Assembly (NCBI GenBank): GCA_037447605.1
Contig: CM074807.1
Location: 4,173,993 to 4,237,992 of the forward strand
Length of the DNA: 64,000 nucleotides
Source: Zygnema circumcarinatum SAG 698-1b
Lineage: Eukaryota; Plantae; Zygnematophyceae
Reading direction: 5' to 3'
Part shown: positions 62,450 through 64,000 of the stretch, piece after piece
How the letters are laid out: every line of letters begins with the position of its first letter
Position numbering within the stretch: the stretch's first letter is position 1
Translations under genes and position numbers: made by a program
Notes under the pieces: generated by a model
Seen by the model: the letters and a program-made list of their open reading frames with translations, nothing else
Databases searched by the model: none
Told to the model about the DNA's origin: nothing

Positions 62450-64000
62450 ACACGCCACCCGTGCGATCTCGCTGCTGGAGGGACGACAGTGAGTTGGCGA
62501 GCGGGAGGCAAGAGATGTGATGCCCGGCGTCTTCATCTTGCTAAAAGATGTCGACTACTTAACCGACCGAGCGGGCTGACCGGCTGCTTTACTGATTTGA
62601 AAAGCAGCATTTGGAGCGTTATCAAACTCCTTTTTCGTTTCCTTTATCACCATGGGCATCCAACACCTTATAGGAGCTGATCAGCCTGCTTTGTTGGCGA
62701 GTTGTCGTCAGACTTCCTTGACTTGAGCGGACTTCGGAAATTCTTAGCATAACTGAGCATGTCTGCCAAACTTGCCCCTATCACACTGCCAGCTTGCGAC
62801 GGTACTCAAAGCACCTAGCGTTGGGGTTGGTTACCCTCTTATCTAGATAGCAGCCATGTTTAAGCGAAGGTTCTCCCTCAGTTCAGTGGCACATTTACTT
62901 CTATTGCGAAGCATGTGTAATGCCTATCACTTGGTTAACTGAGGACTAATGTTTGCCACCACTTGACAGGATGCATTAACAGTGTCTTGTTAGTGATGGA
63001 GCTGAAAGGTCCAGCCACTCCTTAAATTCATTTTGCGAGTACAAGTTTCAGTGGCGAAACCGCAATGCTTTTAGGACATTGAGGGCCGTCGCGGCATCTC
63101 ATGTGCTATGCCCTTGGTTGGACATCTACTAATCTAATTAATCTATCTATCTTCTCATCTATCTCCTCCCCACTGGTAGAGATTGTTTGCGGAAACTTTT
63201 AATATTGTACCATTCCTGCTCCAGCCCTGACTCACACTAAACATGCCATAATCTGCACTTTTTTCGTTCACGCTCCTGCTCAGATTGAGGCCTCGCTACC
63301 AGGCTTCCACGGACACTCTTCGATTTTACTTTCCTGAGTGTTTAGTCCACGCATTCTGAACTCTCGCTAGCCATTCATCTCGGCCTGTGTCACAAATCAA
63401 TTTTGATTGCCTCTTCCACGAAGGATGAGAGTGCTTAAGGATAATTTATGCTCTAGGATAATTTATGCTCGTTACATGAAGCGACTCCTTAATTGATGCG
63501 ATGATGCGGTGTTTGCTTTGGGGCTATAGGCTGGCGACAGCATCATTCTTCTAACCGAAGAGGGGAGTCTCTACCGTGCTAGCAAAACCAAGGGACGGAC
63601 ATGGAGTTTTGAGCCGGACATTGACGGCAAGCCCTTCACTGGAGAGTATGATTCGTCTGCCCGCAGGAGAGGAGTGCGAACTTGATGGTTACAATACAAG
63701 CAGCACGGTGTATGAGGTTCTATAAGTATTAAGCAGTGGAGTGGTGTAGGGCGCTTGCAGCAATCGCCGTGCGTCACTAGTTGGATAAGTGGACCGAGAC
63801 AGAGAGCAAGAGAGACAAAGACTGTGTGAGAAAGAGAGAGGGGAGGAGGGGGAGAGGGGGTGGGGTGGAGGGAAAGGGGGAGAGGGGAAGAGAGGGAGAG
63901 GGGGAGAGAAAATGGGGAGAGGAGGAGAGAAGAGCGGAGGGAGAAGGGGGGAAAGTGATAATGAAGGGAGAGAGAGGGGGAAGTGAGAGGGAGAAAGTGA

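Noticed and set aside
63438-63470. 16-bp tandem duplication AGGATAATTTATGCTC
   Set aside because: Isolated two-unit slippage duplication with no associated structure.

Overview
Eukaryotic, intron-rich nuclear DNA of the green-plant lineage. Protein resemblances are to land-plant families I recall. GC-rich, microsatellite-laden promoters and compact gene spacing suggest a streptophyte alga or early-diverging plant (inference). All gene models were built by hand from the ORF track plus GT/GC-AG sites and exon-phase checks; no database search was run. Left to right: an O-fucosyltransferase-like gene fragment interrupted by a hAT-type non-autonomous element; a PARG gene (-) head-to-head with a small tankyrase-like H-Y-E PARP gene (+); a small Cys/His-rich protein gene; an O-fucosyltransferase; a PAP2 lipid phosphatase with a truncated tandem duplicate; a 14-kb ABCC1/2-like transporter head-to-head with a second, diverged PARG; a group-I bZIP; a patch of small mobile elements; and an SGF11 gene with a long C-terminal extension. 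The mobile patch holds a second hAT MITE, a 1.7-kb element with terminal inverted repeats, and a 135-207 bp repeat in three copies, each with its own flanking duplication. The strongest candidate for a new system is the divergently paired ADP-ribose writer/eraser (PARP/PARG) module, with a second PARG 30 kb away. I recognised no rRNA, tRNA or CRISPR arrays. Three 10-N gaps lie inside poly-G/C runs.
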